Assembly (NCBI GenBank): GCA_031270395.1
Contig: JAISXU010000057.1
Location: 18,363 to 82,362 of the forward strand
Length of the DNA stretch: 64,000 nucleotides
From: Oscillospiraceae bacterium
Lineage (GTDB): Bacteria; Bacillota; Clostridia; Oscillospirales; Oscillospiraceae
Direction of reading: 5' to 3'
The notes beneath the pieces are model-generated. The model was not told the origin of the DNA, ran no database searches, and worked only from the letters and a program-made list of their open reading frames with translations. Numbering within the stretch: the first letter of the stretch is position 1; every line of letters starts with the position of its first letter. Positions 18,193-26,709 of this stretch are shown one piece after another. Position numbers and translations under genes: made by a program.

Positions 18193-18879
18193 CTATCGCC
18201 CCCGCGCGCCCGACAGCGCCGCGCCGGCTGCCATCTGTTCCGCCTCTTTTTTGCTGCGGCCTCTCCCGAGGCCTATACGCTCTCCGTTCAGGCGCGCCTC
18301 CGCGACAAACAGCTTGTCGTGGTCGGGGCCCGTCTCCTCGATGAGATGATATATGAGCGACTGTCCGCTCTTGCGCTGTATGAGCTCCTGCAACGTCGTC
18401 TTGTTATCGACGCCGACGGCTTCGGCGCCGTCGCGCTGTGACAGGATATAGCGCCCGACAAACGAGATGACGGGCGGCCAGCCGCCGTCGAGGTACATGG
18501 CGGCCAGCAGCGCCTCGACGGCGTCCGCCAGTATGGACGGGCGCGTTCTGCCGCCGCTCGCCTCCTCGCCGTGTCCCAGTATGAGGTGCTCGCCGAGACC
18601 CAGACGCTCTGCCACGGAGAAAAGAGTCTTCTCGCAGACGAGCGCGGCTCTCTGACGCGTCATCACGCCCTCGGGCATGTCGGGATTGTTCCTGTAAAGA
18701 TGCTCGGCCACGGTGACGCCCAGCAAGGAATCGCCCAGAAACTCAAGGCGCTCGTTGCATATCACGCGGCTTCTTTTGCTCTCGTTTGCGTACGAACTGT
18801 GCGTCAGAGCGTTCCTGATAAGAGTCCTGTCGCGGAACACATACCCCAGAGCGTCCTCTAAGCTGCTGAATTCACTCAT
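18193..18879 (-). CDS. rnc: ribonuclease III
   Basis: RNase III signature NERLEFLGDSLL. C-terminal dsRBD (KTTLQELIQ..GRGRSKKEAEQMAA). 228 aa. Confidence 0.9.
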   Translation of the reverse strand: MSEFSSLEDALGYVFRDRTLIRNALTHSSYANESKRSRVICNERLEFLGDSLLGVTVAEHLYRNNPDMPEGVMTRQRAALVCEKTLFSVAERLGLGEHLILGHGEEASGGRTRPSILADAVEALLAAMYLDGGWPPVISFVGRYILSQRDGAEAVGVDNKTTLQELIQRKSGQSLIYHLIEETGPDHDKLFVAEARLNGERIGLGRGRSKKEAEQMAAGAALSGARGR

Positions 18880-18880
18880 T

Positions 18881-19900
18881 TTATTTCACGCGCTTGTCCG
18901 GATCAACCCAGTCCGCGTCGGCTCTCGCCTTGGCAAAGCCGCTCTCCTCGAACGAGAGCGCGGCGTCCCCGCCGGACGGCGCGCCGCGCGCTGCGGTTAT
19001 ATCGTAGCCCTCGCGTTCGGACATCATTTCGAGCTCCTCCTGCGTGGGGGGCTGCTTCTGCTTATCCTCCAGATACTTCATCCCCTCCGGAGAGGCGTAA
19101 TGCCTGAACCGCTCCAGTTCAATTTCCACCATGCGCGGCCCGTTGTTATACGGTATGATGAGGAATATCTCGTCCGCCATGCCCTTCTTCAGCCATTCGG
19201 CGAGTACGCGGGGATCCATGCCGTTCTTGTGCATACCGGCGAGGAAGCTCTGGGTGGTCTCCGATACGTTGTAGCCGGTGTCGCGCAGATTTTCCGGTCT
19301 GTTGAGCGCCGCCTCGTATATGCGTGAACGCACGTTGGCCGGGCACAGCGCGGACACGGCGATCCCGTAAGGCTTCAGCGCGTGGTAATAGCTCTCCATG
19401 ATGTTGAGCACCGCCGACTTCGCGGCCGAGTACGGCGCGGTCATCGAACCCGCGCCGAAGGCGCCCCACGACACAGTGGCCGCAATATAGCCGCCCGTGC
19501 CTTTTTTGATCATGCGCGGGACGAATGTCACGAGTCCGTTGACGACGCCGCCGAAGCACACGCCCACGACCCAGTCGTAGTCGTCGTAGGTTGAAGCCTC
19601 GGCCGGCCCGAACACGTTGACGCCGGCCGTGAGTATGAGCACGTCGGGCGCACCTCCGCAGACGCGTTCTATCTCGTCGGCGGCCGCGGCGTACCCCGCG
19701 CGATCCGTGACGTCAAGCCGTATGGCGTGTACGGGCGCGTTCTTCTCCTTGAAGTACGCGACGGCCTCGTCGAGGTGGTCCTGCCGCACGTCCGCGATGA
19801 CCACCCTCGCGCCCGCCTCGGAGAATATCTGCGCCTGTCCAAAGCCCGCGCCGGACGCGCCGCCGGTGATAAAAACTATCTTGTCCTTGAAATCCTTCAT
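18881..19900 (-). CDS. SDR-family oxidoreductase with C-terminal extension
   Basis: ITGGASGAGFG (TGxxxGxG) and catalytic YSAAK. 339 aa. Paralogous by eye to 34254..35180. Confidence 0.8.
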   Translation of the reverse strand: MKDFKDKIVFITGGASGAGFGQAQIFSEAGARVVIADVRQDHLDEAVAYFKEKNAPVHAIRLDVTDRAGYAAAADEIERVCGGAPDVLILTAGVNVFGPAEASTYDDYDWVVGVCFGGVVNGLVTFVPRMIKKGTGGYIAATVSWGAFGAGSMTAPYSAAKSAVLNIMESYYHALKPYGIAVSALCPANVRSRIYEAALNRPENLRDTGYNVSETTQSFLAGMHKNGMDPRVLAEWLKKGMADEIFLIIPYNNGPRMVEIELERFRHYASPEGMKYLEDKQKQPPTQEELEMMSEREGYDITAARGAPSGGDAALSFEESGFAKARADADWVDPDKRVK

Positions 19901-20005
19901 TTTCCGCTCTCCTTAAATATTTAGCAACAAGGCTATTATGAGTTTTCCGAAATAATTATATCACCGCCGGACAAGGATGGCAACAACCGCGCCGCGCCGG
20001 TTGCC

Positions 20006-20770
20006 CTACATGCCGTCCCATCTCCGCAGGGACTGCTTCATAAAGCCGACCACATCGACGCCGTATACGTCGCGGAGCATCCCGGAGTCGATTTGTTCGC
20101 CCGCCCGCCCCTCGGCGGCGGTTATGCCGTCCTTCATCAGAAGCATGTTCTCGGAGAGACGCATCGCGAGGTTAATGTCGTGCAGCACGCCGACGGCGCG
20201 GTGTCCGCCCGCGCGCGACCACTCCTTTAGATATTCAATAAGCTCTATCTGGTACTTGATGTCGAGGTGGTTCGTGGGCTCGTCAAGCAGTATGACGTCG
20301 GGCTCCTGGGCCAGCGCGCGCGCGAAAAACACGCGCTGGAGCTGACCGCCGGAGAGCTCTGATATCCCCCTGTCGGCCACGGACTCAAGGTCGACGGCGC
20401 GCAGACATTCCGACACAAAATCGCGGTCGCGTTCCGACGCCGAGCCGAAGAAGCTGCCGCGCATATGCAGGTACCGTCCCATCATCACGGTGTCAAACAC
20501 GCTGTATGAAAAGTATACGCCCGATATTTGGCTCAGCATCGCGATCTTCTTCGTTATCTCGCGGATCTTCATCCGTCGGAGCGGCTTCCCGTCGAGCTCC
20601 ACGCTGCCGCTGTAGGGCAGTATGCCGGCAATGGCCTTGAGCAGCGTAGTCTTACCGCACCCGTTCGGCCCGATTATACACAGATTCTCGTTTTTATCGA
20701 GGTTGAACGATATGTTCCGCACGACAGGCGCACCGCCGTACCCCACGGAGACATTTTCGACCTTCAGCAT
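20006..20770 (-). CDS. ABC ATP-binding protein, Fe-siderophore/cobalamin importer type (BtuD/FepC-like)
   Basis: GPNGCGKTT, LSGGQLQR, ILLDEPTNHLD. 254 aa. Last gene of the riboswitch-controlled operon. Confidence 0.85.
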   Translation of the reverse strand: MLKVENVSVGYGGAPVVRNISFNLDKNENLCIIGPNGCGKTTLLKAIAGILPYSGSVELDGKPLRRMKIREITKKIAMLSQISGVYFSYSVFDTVMMGRYLHMRGSFFGSASERDRDFVSECLRAVDLESVADRGISELSGGQLQRVFFARALAQEPDVILLDEPTNHLDIKYQIELIEYLKEWSRAGGHRAVGVLHDINLAMRLSENMLLMKDGITAAEGRAGEQIDSGMLRDVYGVDVVGFMKQSLRRWDGM

Positions 20771-20813
20771 ACGCGCCTCTCCCGTCCCCCTCCGGCCGCG
20801 CCGAAAAGAATTT

Positions 20814-21830
20814 TCACGGATGTTTCCTTCTGCTGAAATAGATATACGTAAAAAACGGCGCGCCGATCATCGCCGTTACCGCGCCGACCGGCAGTTCCTG
20901 AAGCGGGACGAGAGTGCGCGCGGCGAGATCGCACAGCACCATAAAGCCCCCGCCCAGCACCGCCGACATAGGTATGACGTATCTGTGCGACGCGCCGAAA
21001 ATTTTCCGGACGATGTGCGGCGCGACGAGATCGACAAAGCCTATTACGCCCACGAACGATATGGCGCTGCCCGTCATGGCCGCCGCCACGATGAGCAGTA
21101 TCCACTTAACGCGCTTTGTGTTCACGCCCATCGTCTTCGCCTGTTCCTCGCCGAAGGTCAGCATGTCGAGCTCGCGGTTGAAGTGGGCCACGACAAACGC
21201 GCAGACGAGTATAATGGGGAACAGCACATAGAGCGTAGACCACTCCTTGAGCTGGAAGCTGCCCATCTGCCAATATATGAGGCGCTGGATATGCTCGCGC
21301 GTCAACGCCGACACAAGCGTCACGACGGCATTTATAAAAAGCGATATGACCATTCCCGTGAGTATTATCGTGTTGTTCTCAAGATTGCCGTCGAGACGCG
21401 AGGAGACGGCGATGGCAAGCAGTATGGTCCCGAGCCCGAGAGCAAAGCCTATGACGGGCAGCGTAAACATTTGCAGCGCCGGCACCGTGACGCCGCAGAC
21501 TATCACGATAGCCGCCCCGAGCGACGCGCCGGACGAGACTCCGAGCGTATATGAGGACGCGAGCGGGTTTTTCAGCACCGACTGCATAACCGCTCCGCTG
21601 ACGGACAGCGCCGCGCCGACGACGAACGCCAGCAGTGCGCGGGGCAGGCGGAGGTCCCATATTATGGCCACGTCGGTGCTCTTGACGAAGTCCGGGACCG
21701 CCGCGCCCGTTATCTTATGCCAAACGATAGCCAAGCTGTCGGCGGGCGGTATATAAACGCTGCCGACAGCCATACCGAAGATCAAAATCACAAGGCTCAG
21801 GGCGATTGTGACCGTGATTTTCAGCCTCAT
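20814..21830 (-). CDS. FecCD-family permease (BtuC-like)
   Basis: 338 aa polytopic protein. ..RLPRALLAFVVGAALSVSGAVMQ..NPLASSYTLGVSSGA.. is the FecCD signature region. The start overlaps the upstream stop (ATGA). Confidence 0.85.
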   Translation of the reverse strand: MRLKITVTIALSLVILIFGMAVGSVYIPPADSLAIVWHKITGAAVPDFVKSTDVAIIWDLRLPRALLAFVVGAALSVSGAVMQSVLKNPLASSYTLGVSSGASLGAAIVIVCGVTVPALQMFTLPVIGFALGLGTILLAIAVSSRLDGNLENNTIILTGMVISLFINAVVTLVSALTREHIQRLIYWQMGSFQLKEWSTLYVLFPIILVCAFVVAHFNRELDMLTFGEEQAKTMGVNTKRVKWILLIVAAAMTGSAISFVGVIGFVDLVAPHIVRKIFGASHRYVIPMSAVLGGGFMVLCDLAARTLVPLQELPVGAVTAMIGAPFFTYIYFSRRKHP

Positions 21831-22870
21831 GCCCCGTATTTATCCGGGTAGACGGCGAGCGCGATCTCACGCAGCGCCTTGACAATGTTGTGGTTGGGGC
21901 GGTTGCTCGCGTCGGCGTCGATATAATAGACATCGCCGGCGGCCACCGCGGAAATCGTCTGCCAGCCCGGACGCGACTTTATCTCGCCGATGGGGTCGTC
22001 GATGTAGTTCACGCTCGTCAGAATGACGTCGGGATTTGCGCCCAGCACGGCCTCGTCCGCCACGGACAGCCATGATTCCTGATCCGCGAGGACGTTCACC
22101 GCGCCGACTATCTCGATCATCTCGTTGAGGAACACCCCCGAGCCGAAGCTGTACATGTACGGCGCGGCGGACAGTTCAAAATACACCGTCTTTTTCTCCG
22201 TTATCGTGTCGCCTACGGCCTTTATCGCGGCGATCTCCGTCTCCATTTTGGTTATCAGCGCCGCGCCGCCCTCCTGGGCGCCCATCACGGCGGCAACAAA
22301 GCGTATATCCTCCTTGATGCTCTCGATGCTGCTGCTCGACGGCACGTATATTACGCATATCCCCGAGTCGCGCAGCGGCTTGTACGGATCCTCGCCGCCC
22401 GCCTGAACCATGCCCGTGACGAAAATAACGTCGGGGTCGAGCGCGACTATCGACTCGACGTCCGGGGCCGCCATGTCAAAAAGCGGCAAATCGGGCGCGA
22501 GCCCCGCTATGGCGCCGGAGTAGGTATCGGCCGCGACTATGGCGTCCCCAAAGCCGAGGTCTACCAGTAGCTCGCAGTTTGACGGCCCGAATATCATAAC
22601 TCTCTCGATGACCTCCGGTAGTGTTATGGGATTGCCCTCCCTGTCGGCGGCGACTCTCGGGCTGTCGGAAGGCGGCGCCTCCGCGCTCTCCGTCGGCGGC
22701 GCTTCGCCGCGCGGCTCCTCGCCGTCAACATTGTCGATAAGTCCGTCCTGCTGCCCATTGCCGGTATCCGTACCGGAGGGCGAGGGGGACGTATTGTTCC
22801 CGCCTCCGCAGGCCGCCAGCGCGGACAGCGCAACCAGCGCCGCCAAAATGATCGCTATAAATTTTTTCAT
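21827..22870 (-). CDS. periplasmic-binding-protein-type substrate-binding lipoprotein (BtuF-like)
   Basis: MKKFIAIILAALVALSALAACGG lipobox, a low-complexity linker, then a class III PBP fold (..PDVIFVTG.., ..PDVILTS..). The start overlaps the upstream stop. Confidence 0.8.
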   Translation of the reverse strand: MKKFIAIILAALVALSALAACGGGNNTSPSPSGTDTGNGQQDGLIDNVDGEEPRGEAPPTESAEAPPSDSPRVAADREGNPITLPEVIERVMIFGPSNCELLVDLGFGDAIVAADTYSGAIAGLAPDLPLFDMAAPDVESIVALDPDVIFVTGMVQAGGEDPYKPLRDSGICVIYVPSSSSIESIKEDIRFVAAVMGAQEGGAALITKMETEIAAIKAVGDTITEKKTVYFELSAAPYMYSFGSGVFLNEMIEIVGAVNVLADQESWLSVADEAVLGANPDVILTSVNYIDDPIGEIKSRPGWQTISAVAAGDVYYIDADASNRPNHNIVKALREIALAVYPDKYGA

Positions 22871-23265
22871 CCTTCATCTCTCCATTGTGTCAGTATTGTC
22901 GGTATCCCGCAAAACATGCGCACGACCTCGTCGGAGCCTCGCGCGAGGCGGGCGCACGCGCGTCCCACGGCCTCTCTCCACGCCCGCCGCTCCGGATCGG
23001 CGGGTACGACGCCGCACGAGACGTCGGTGCAGATGATTATCTTGTCCCGGAGCCCCGGGCGGAGCGCTTCGAGCTCCGCGTCCGGATCAAGCCCCGCCCG
23101 CAGAGCGTCAAATATCCACCGCTCGAGCTTGTATATCACCGGCTTGTCCGTATTGAGTCTCGCCCCCGCGTACTCGCAAAACCACACGTCTCCGGGCGCT
23201 AGGCCGAAACGCCCGAGCGCGTAATCAAGCTTTCCCTGATACTCCCCCCCGACGATCAGCTTCAC
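22867..23265 (-). CDS. CobU-related protein lacking the P-loop (132 aa)
   Basis: Track ORF 22867..23412. I trimmed the start to GTG 23265, which overlaps the cobU stop (GTGA). The C-terminal part IICTDVSCGVVPADPERRAWREAVGRACARLARGSDEVVRMFCGIP resembles the xSNEVGxGxVPxxxxxRxFRDxxGxxNQ segment of CobU. No GxxxxGK(S/T) is present. Confidence 0.5.
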   Translation of the reverse strand: MKLIVGGEYQGKLDYALGRFGLAPGDVWFCEYAGARLNTDKPVIYKLERWIFDALRAGLDPDAELEALRPGLRDKIIICTDVSCGVVPADPERRAWREAVGRACARLARGSDEVVRMFCGIPTILTQWRDEG

Positions 23266-23837
23266 GCGGCGCCTCCCGCGGGAAGAAGACCCTCTCGTCT
23301 CAGCCGCTCCGCTCCGCGGTGGACGACGGCGCCGGAAAACACTATCTCTATCACCGCGTCGCTCCGGGCCGCTACGGCTCTGTCGATCTGCGCGAGCGAC
23401 CGCCGAAACCACTCCGCGGGCCCGTCGTACAGCAAGCCGTCGGAATAGATGAAATCGGAGACCACCACAATATCGCGCACAGAGTCGAGCAGTTCTATCA
23501 TCTCTCCCGTTATCTTGTCCGCCGCGCCGTAATTTATCGCAGCTTTGCCGGGCGGGAACATCTCATTTGACAGGAGCGCCGTGAGGCTGTCGAGAAGAAA
23601 CGACGCGTCCGGGTCGCATTTATCCAAAATCTCCGGGATGTTCTCCGGCTGCTCCACCGTCTCAAAGCCCCAGCCGAGACGCTCGCGGCGGTGACGCAGT
23701 ATGCGTTCGTGGTCTTCGACGTCGCTGGGGCGCATCGTGGCGATATAGTAGAGTCCCGTCCTCCGCATGGCGTGCGCGAGCCGCTGCGCGTAGTACGATT
23801 TTCCGTTTTTGCAGCCTCCCGATATAAAAACCCTCAT
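23262..23837 (-). CDS. cobU: adenosylcobinamide kinase / adenosylcobinamide-phosphate guanylyltransferase
   Basis: Start is ATG 23837 (MRVFISGGCKNGKSYYAQ), which carries the P-loop GGCKNGKS. Also LYYIATM, HRRER..GW.T.E and FLLDSLTALLSNEMF, followed by the VVVSDFIYSDG segment. 191 aa. Confidence 0.75.
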   Translation of the reverse strand: MRVFISGGCKNGKSYYAQRLAHAMRRTGLYYIATMRPSDVEDHERILRHRRERLGWGFETVEQPENIPEILDKCDPDASFLLDSLTALLSNEMFPPGKAAINYGAADKITGEMIELLDSVRDIVVVSDFIYSDGLLYDGPAEWFRRSLAQIDRAVAARSDAVIEIVFSGAVVHRGAERLRREGLLPAGGAA

Positions 23838-23881
23838 CCGCGCCCCGCCCGCTTTCCACATAATGACGATCGCCTCACCCG

Positions 23882-23925
23882 CAACAAAAAATGCAACTCC
23901 GCCTGAAAGGACGAAATTGCATATG
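23882..23925 (-). terminator. intrinsic terminator forming the riboswitch expression platform
   Basis: Minus strand ATGCAATTTCGTCC-tttca-GGCGGAGTTGCAT followed by TTTTTGTTG. About 13-bp stem including G-U pairs. It lies roughly 45 nt upstream of the cobU ATG. Confidence 0.5.
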
Positions 23926-24039
23926 CCATGATCTCGCGGCGCCGCGCGGCGCTTTGACGCCGCAACGCGACCTGACCCACACGCAACTTCATACTCTGTG
24001 AAGGCGATAGAAGCAGTGGCACGGGCAGGTCTTCCGACT

Positions 24040-24262
24040 CAGATCAGGAGTGTACCCGGATAAACACTCGCACACGGTTTTCACCTTCCCGGGAATGGTA
24101 TCCCAGTGGCCGGCGTGAGGCAGCTATACGTCACGCACATTAAAACCGTACTAATCATCACGGCAGCAGGACTGTTCGGGATTCGCACCCGGTTCCCTAT
24201 TCTCGCGCGGATACGCGCACCCGTCCACGGTTTTGGTTCCGGAGTCCCCTCCGACTTCCATG
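24040..24262 (-). promoter_or_regulatory. cobalamin (B12) riboswitch
   Basis: The minus strand contains AATAGGGAACCGGGTGCGAATCCCGAACAGTCCTGCTGCCGTGA (24201-24158). It also contains the B12-box region GCCGGCCACTGGGATACCATTCCCGGGAAGGTGAAAACCG (about 24113-24075). These match the conserved core of the cobalamin riboswitch class (Rfam RF00174). It sits upstream of cobU and the Btu-like genes. Confidence 0.8.
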
Positions 24263-24266
24263 ATGT

Positions 24267-24296
24267 ATTATAGCGCCGCGCGCGCGGGGCTGTCAA
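24267..24296 (-). promoter_or_regulatory. sigma-A-type promoter driving the riboswitch operon
   Basis: On the minus strand: TTGACA (24296-24291), 18 nt spacer, TATAAT (24272-24267). Confidence 0.55.
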
Positions 24297-24420
24297 GCGT
24301 GAATTTGTGCCAATAGCGTGAATTTGCGCCATTTGCGCCCGCTGCGCGAAAGCGCGCCCGCAATGCCCGCGGTCGCGTCCCGTCCGGCGTCCGCGTCCAA
24401 AACGGCCGCGCCCCGCGGCG

Positions 24421-25632
24421 TCAGGGCGTTTTCGGCGGCTTGTTTTTACGCGCCGCGCCGCCTCCGCCTTGATCCTTCCACCTCTTGCCCTTTTTCTGGC
24501 GCGCGTTATCTTTTGCGAATATGATGTCGTCCCGCGGTTCGCGGGTGGGCTTTGACGATAGCGTCCTGTCGAGCTTATCGCGCGCGTCCGGCCTGACGTG
24601 CGGTTGGGGAGCTGGCCGCGGTACGCGCGCCGCGCCGGCGGCGCTCTCCTTTCCGGAGTCGCCGGAGAGCGAGAACAGCACCTCGTCCAGCTTGCTTACG
24701 TCGTGTTTGGCGAGCGCGGCGAGCTCGGGCGGCGGCTGCTCCGAAAATCCGGCTTCCTTCAGTCTGCCCTCCGCCTTGGCGGCGACGTATTCCGCGCGCC
24801 GCAGCTTTCCGCCGAGCACCACCATCTCGCCGAAGTCAAACGTCTTCAGCGCTGTGTCCGTCCCATCCTCAAGACGGACTCGCGCGTTGCCGCGCAGCAG
24901 ATTCACGCTGACTATAGTTCCCTTGCCCGACGGAGTCTCGACAAACGAATCCGTTTTTGGCGCCTGTTTGACTATATCCACATACGCCGCTTCCTCATAT
25001 TTCAGGCAGCACATGAGTCTGCCGCAGGCGCCGGAAATCTTCGTCGGGTTGAGCGACAAGCCCTGCGTTTTTGCCATCTTGATTGATACGGGGTGGAAAT
25101 TACGCAAAAACTGGGAGCAGCAAAACGGTCTGCCGCAAATACCGAGTCCTCCCACGACGCGCGCCTCGTCGCGCACGCCTATTTGTCGCAGCTCGATTCG
25201 CGTTTTGAACGTGGCGGCCATCTCTTTTACGAGCTCCCGGAAATCCACGCGGCTGTTCGCGGTAAAATAGAACACCAGCTTATTGCCGTCAAATGAATAC
25301 TCGATACTCACCAGCTTCATGGGGAGCTTGTACTCCGCTATCTTTCTCCGGCAGACCGTGAACGCCTCGGTCTTCTTCTCCGAATTTTCCACTACGCGCC
25401 GTCTGTCGTCGTCGGTCGCGAGCCTCACCACGGGGCGAAGCGGCTTTACAATCGCGGAGTCCTCGACGCTGTGATTGCCGTACACGCACTCCCCGAAATT
25501 GCGTCCTTTCACCGTATCCACGATAACGCCGGCGCCCCGCTTGACGGTCAAGCCTCCGGGATCGAAGAAAAACACCTTGTTGTTGTCAAAACGAACGCTT
25601 ATAACCTCTGTCACTTGCTCTCCCCTTTCCAT
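24421..25632 (-). CDS. ricT: PSP1-domain regulatory iron-sulfur protein RicT (YaaT) with long basic C-terminal tail
   Basis: VISVRFDNNKVFFFDPGGL.., GGLGICGRPFCCSQFL, PVSIKMAKTQGLSLNPTKISGACGRLMCCLKYE. Positioned directly downstream of holB, as in Bacillus. Confidence 0.85.
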   Translation of the reverse strand: MERGEQVTEVISVRFDNNKVFFFDPGGLTVKRGAGVIVDTVKGRNFGECVYGNHSVEDSAIVKPLRPVVRLATDDDRRRVVENSEKKTEAFTVCRRKIAEYKLPMKLVSIEYSFDGNKLVFYFTANSRVDFRELVKEMAATFKTRIELRQIGVRDEARVVGGLGICGRPFCCSQFLRNFHPVSIKMAKTQGLSLNPTKISGACGRLMCCLKYEEAAYVDIVKQAPKTDSFVETPSGKGTIVSVNLLRGNARVRLEDGTDTALKTFDFGEMVVLGGKLRRAEYVAAKAEGRLKEAGFSEQPPPELAALAKHDVSKLDEVLFSLSGDSGKESAAGAARVPRPAPQPHVRPDARDKLDRTLSSKPTREPRDDIIFAKDNARQKKGKRWKDQGGGGAARKNKPPKTP

Positions 25633-25665
25633 ACATGCGGCACGACGTATCGTGCGAAATAATAA

Positions 25666-26514
25666 TCATTTCTCCGGCAGCAGCTCCGCGCACATCATAC
25701 CGGCGATATGCCCGGCGCTCACGTTAGCTTGAAGATAATCCTGCGCGAGCTCCAGAGCGCGCAGAACGCTCCGCGCCCCGCCGCCGCGCCGCGCCGCGCC
25801 GGACACCTCGTCCCGGAGCCGCGCCGCGGCGGTTTCGCGCGCCCCGGCAATAAATTCGGCAAACGCCGCCCTGTCCAGATTTTGAAGCGAAAACGTGAAC
25901 TTTACGAACGCGAGGGCGTCCGAATCCAGAGCCTCAAAAAACTGCCTTGCCACGGTGTCCGTCCCCTCCTGCCCGCCCTCCGGCGCATCCGCCGCGGCAT
26001 CCGTCCCGCCCGGCCCGGCGCGGAGAGTGACGCACCGCGAGCGCACAGTAGGCAATAGCCGGCCGGGGTCGTCCGCGGCGATAATGAACGATACGTGCGC
26101 CGGCGGTTCCTCCAGAGCTCTGAGCAGCGCGTTCTGTCCCTCCGCGCTGAGCTCAGCGGCATTTTGGAAGACGTACACCTTTCTGTCCGCCTCGTTCGGC
26201 AGTACCGCGGTGTCCTTTACGAGTTCCCGGACGCTCTTTACGGGCAGCTCCTTCTTGTCGGAGGGTTTTTCCACATAAATAATGTCGGGATGCGTCCCGC
26301 TCGCCGCCTTCCAGCAGTGCGCGCACTGTCCGCACGGTTTACGCTCTCCGCCTACGCAAAGCATAGCCGCCGCAAGCACTACCGCCGCCGCGCCCGCGCG
26401 CTCCCCGTGGATTATATACGCGTGTGAGAGCGCTCCCGCAGGAACCACATTCTCAAGCCCTGCGGCGAGCGCCGCTTGCGGCATATCGGCAATTTTGATC
26501 ATAATTATGCCCAT
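25666..26514 (-). CDS. holB: DNA polymerase III delta-prime subunit
   Basis: SHAYIIHGERAGAAA.., zinc module CGQCAHCWKAASGTHPD, NALLRALEEPP, and the SRC-like motif VRSRC. 282 aa. Confidence 0.85.
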   Translation of the reverse strand: MGIIMIKIADMPQAALAAGLENVVPAGALSHAYIIHGERAGAAAVVLAAAMLCVGGERKPCGQCAHCWKAASGTHPDIIYVEKPSDKKELPVKSVRELVKDTAVLPNEADRKVYVFQNAAELSAEGQNALLRALEEPPAHVSFIIAADDPGRLLPTVRSRCVTLRAGPGGTDAAADAPEGGQEGTDTVARQFFEALDSDALAFVKFTFSLQNLDRAAFAEFIAGARETAAARLRDEVSGAARRGGGARSVLRALELAQDYLQANVSAGHIAGMMCAELLPEK

Positions 26515-26562
26515 GCCTTTCGTTTCACTTCGTTCGAGGCATAAAACAACTGTTTGTTATTC

Positions 26563-26697
26563 TATCATAAATTGCTTTGCAATTTATGATAGATCGCCAT
26601 GCGGCGCGTCCCGCGCCGCGGCTCAAAGTTTAAGCGCGCGCCCGCACAGCGGGCGCATGCGCGTGATAAAATATCCGCTCTGCGGATATTTTATCAT
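26563..26697 (+). repeat. family B four-hairpin repeat (copy B3)
   Basis: TATCATAAATTGC-ttt-GCAATTTATGATA; GCCATGCGGCGCG-tcc-CGCGCCGCGGC; GCGCGCCCGC-acag-CGGGCGCATGCGC; GATAAAATATCCGC-tct-GCGGATATTTTATC. Nearly identical to 55217-55352. Confidence 0.7.
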
Positions 26698-26709
26698 ATC
26701 AGTCAATAG

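Noticed and set aside
24081-24332. 83-aa minus-strand ORF, and the possibility of a tRNA-like gene in 23880-24300
   Set aside because: The region is fully explained by the cobalamin riboswitch aptamer and its terminator. I saw no cloverleaf and no coding signal.
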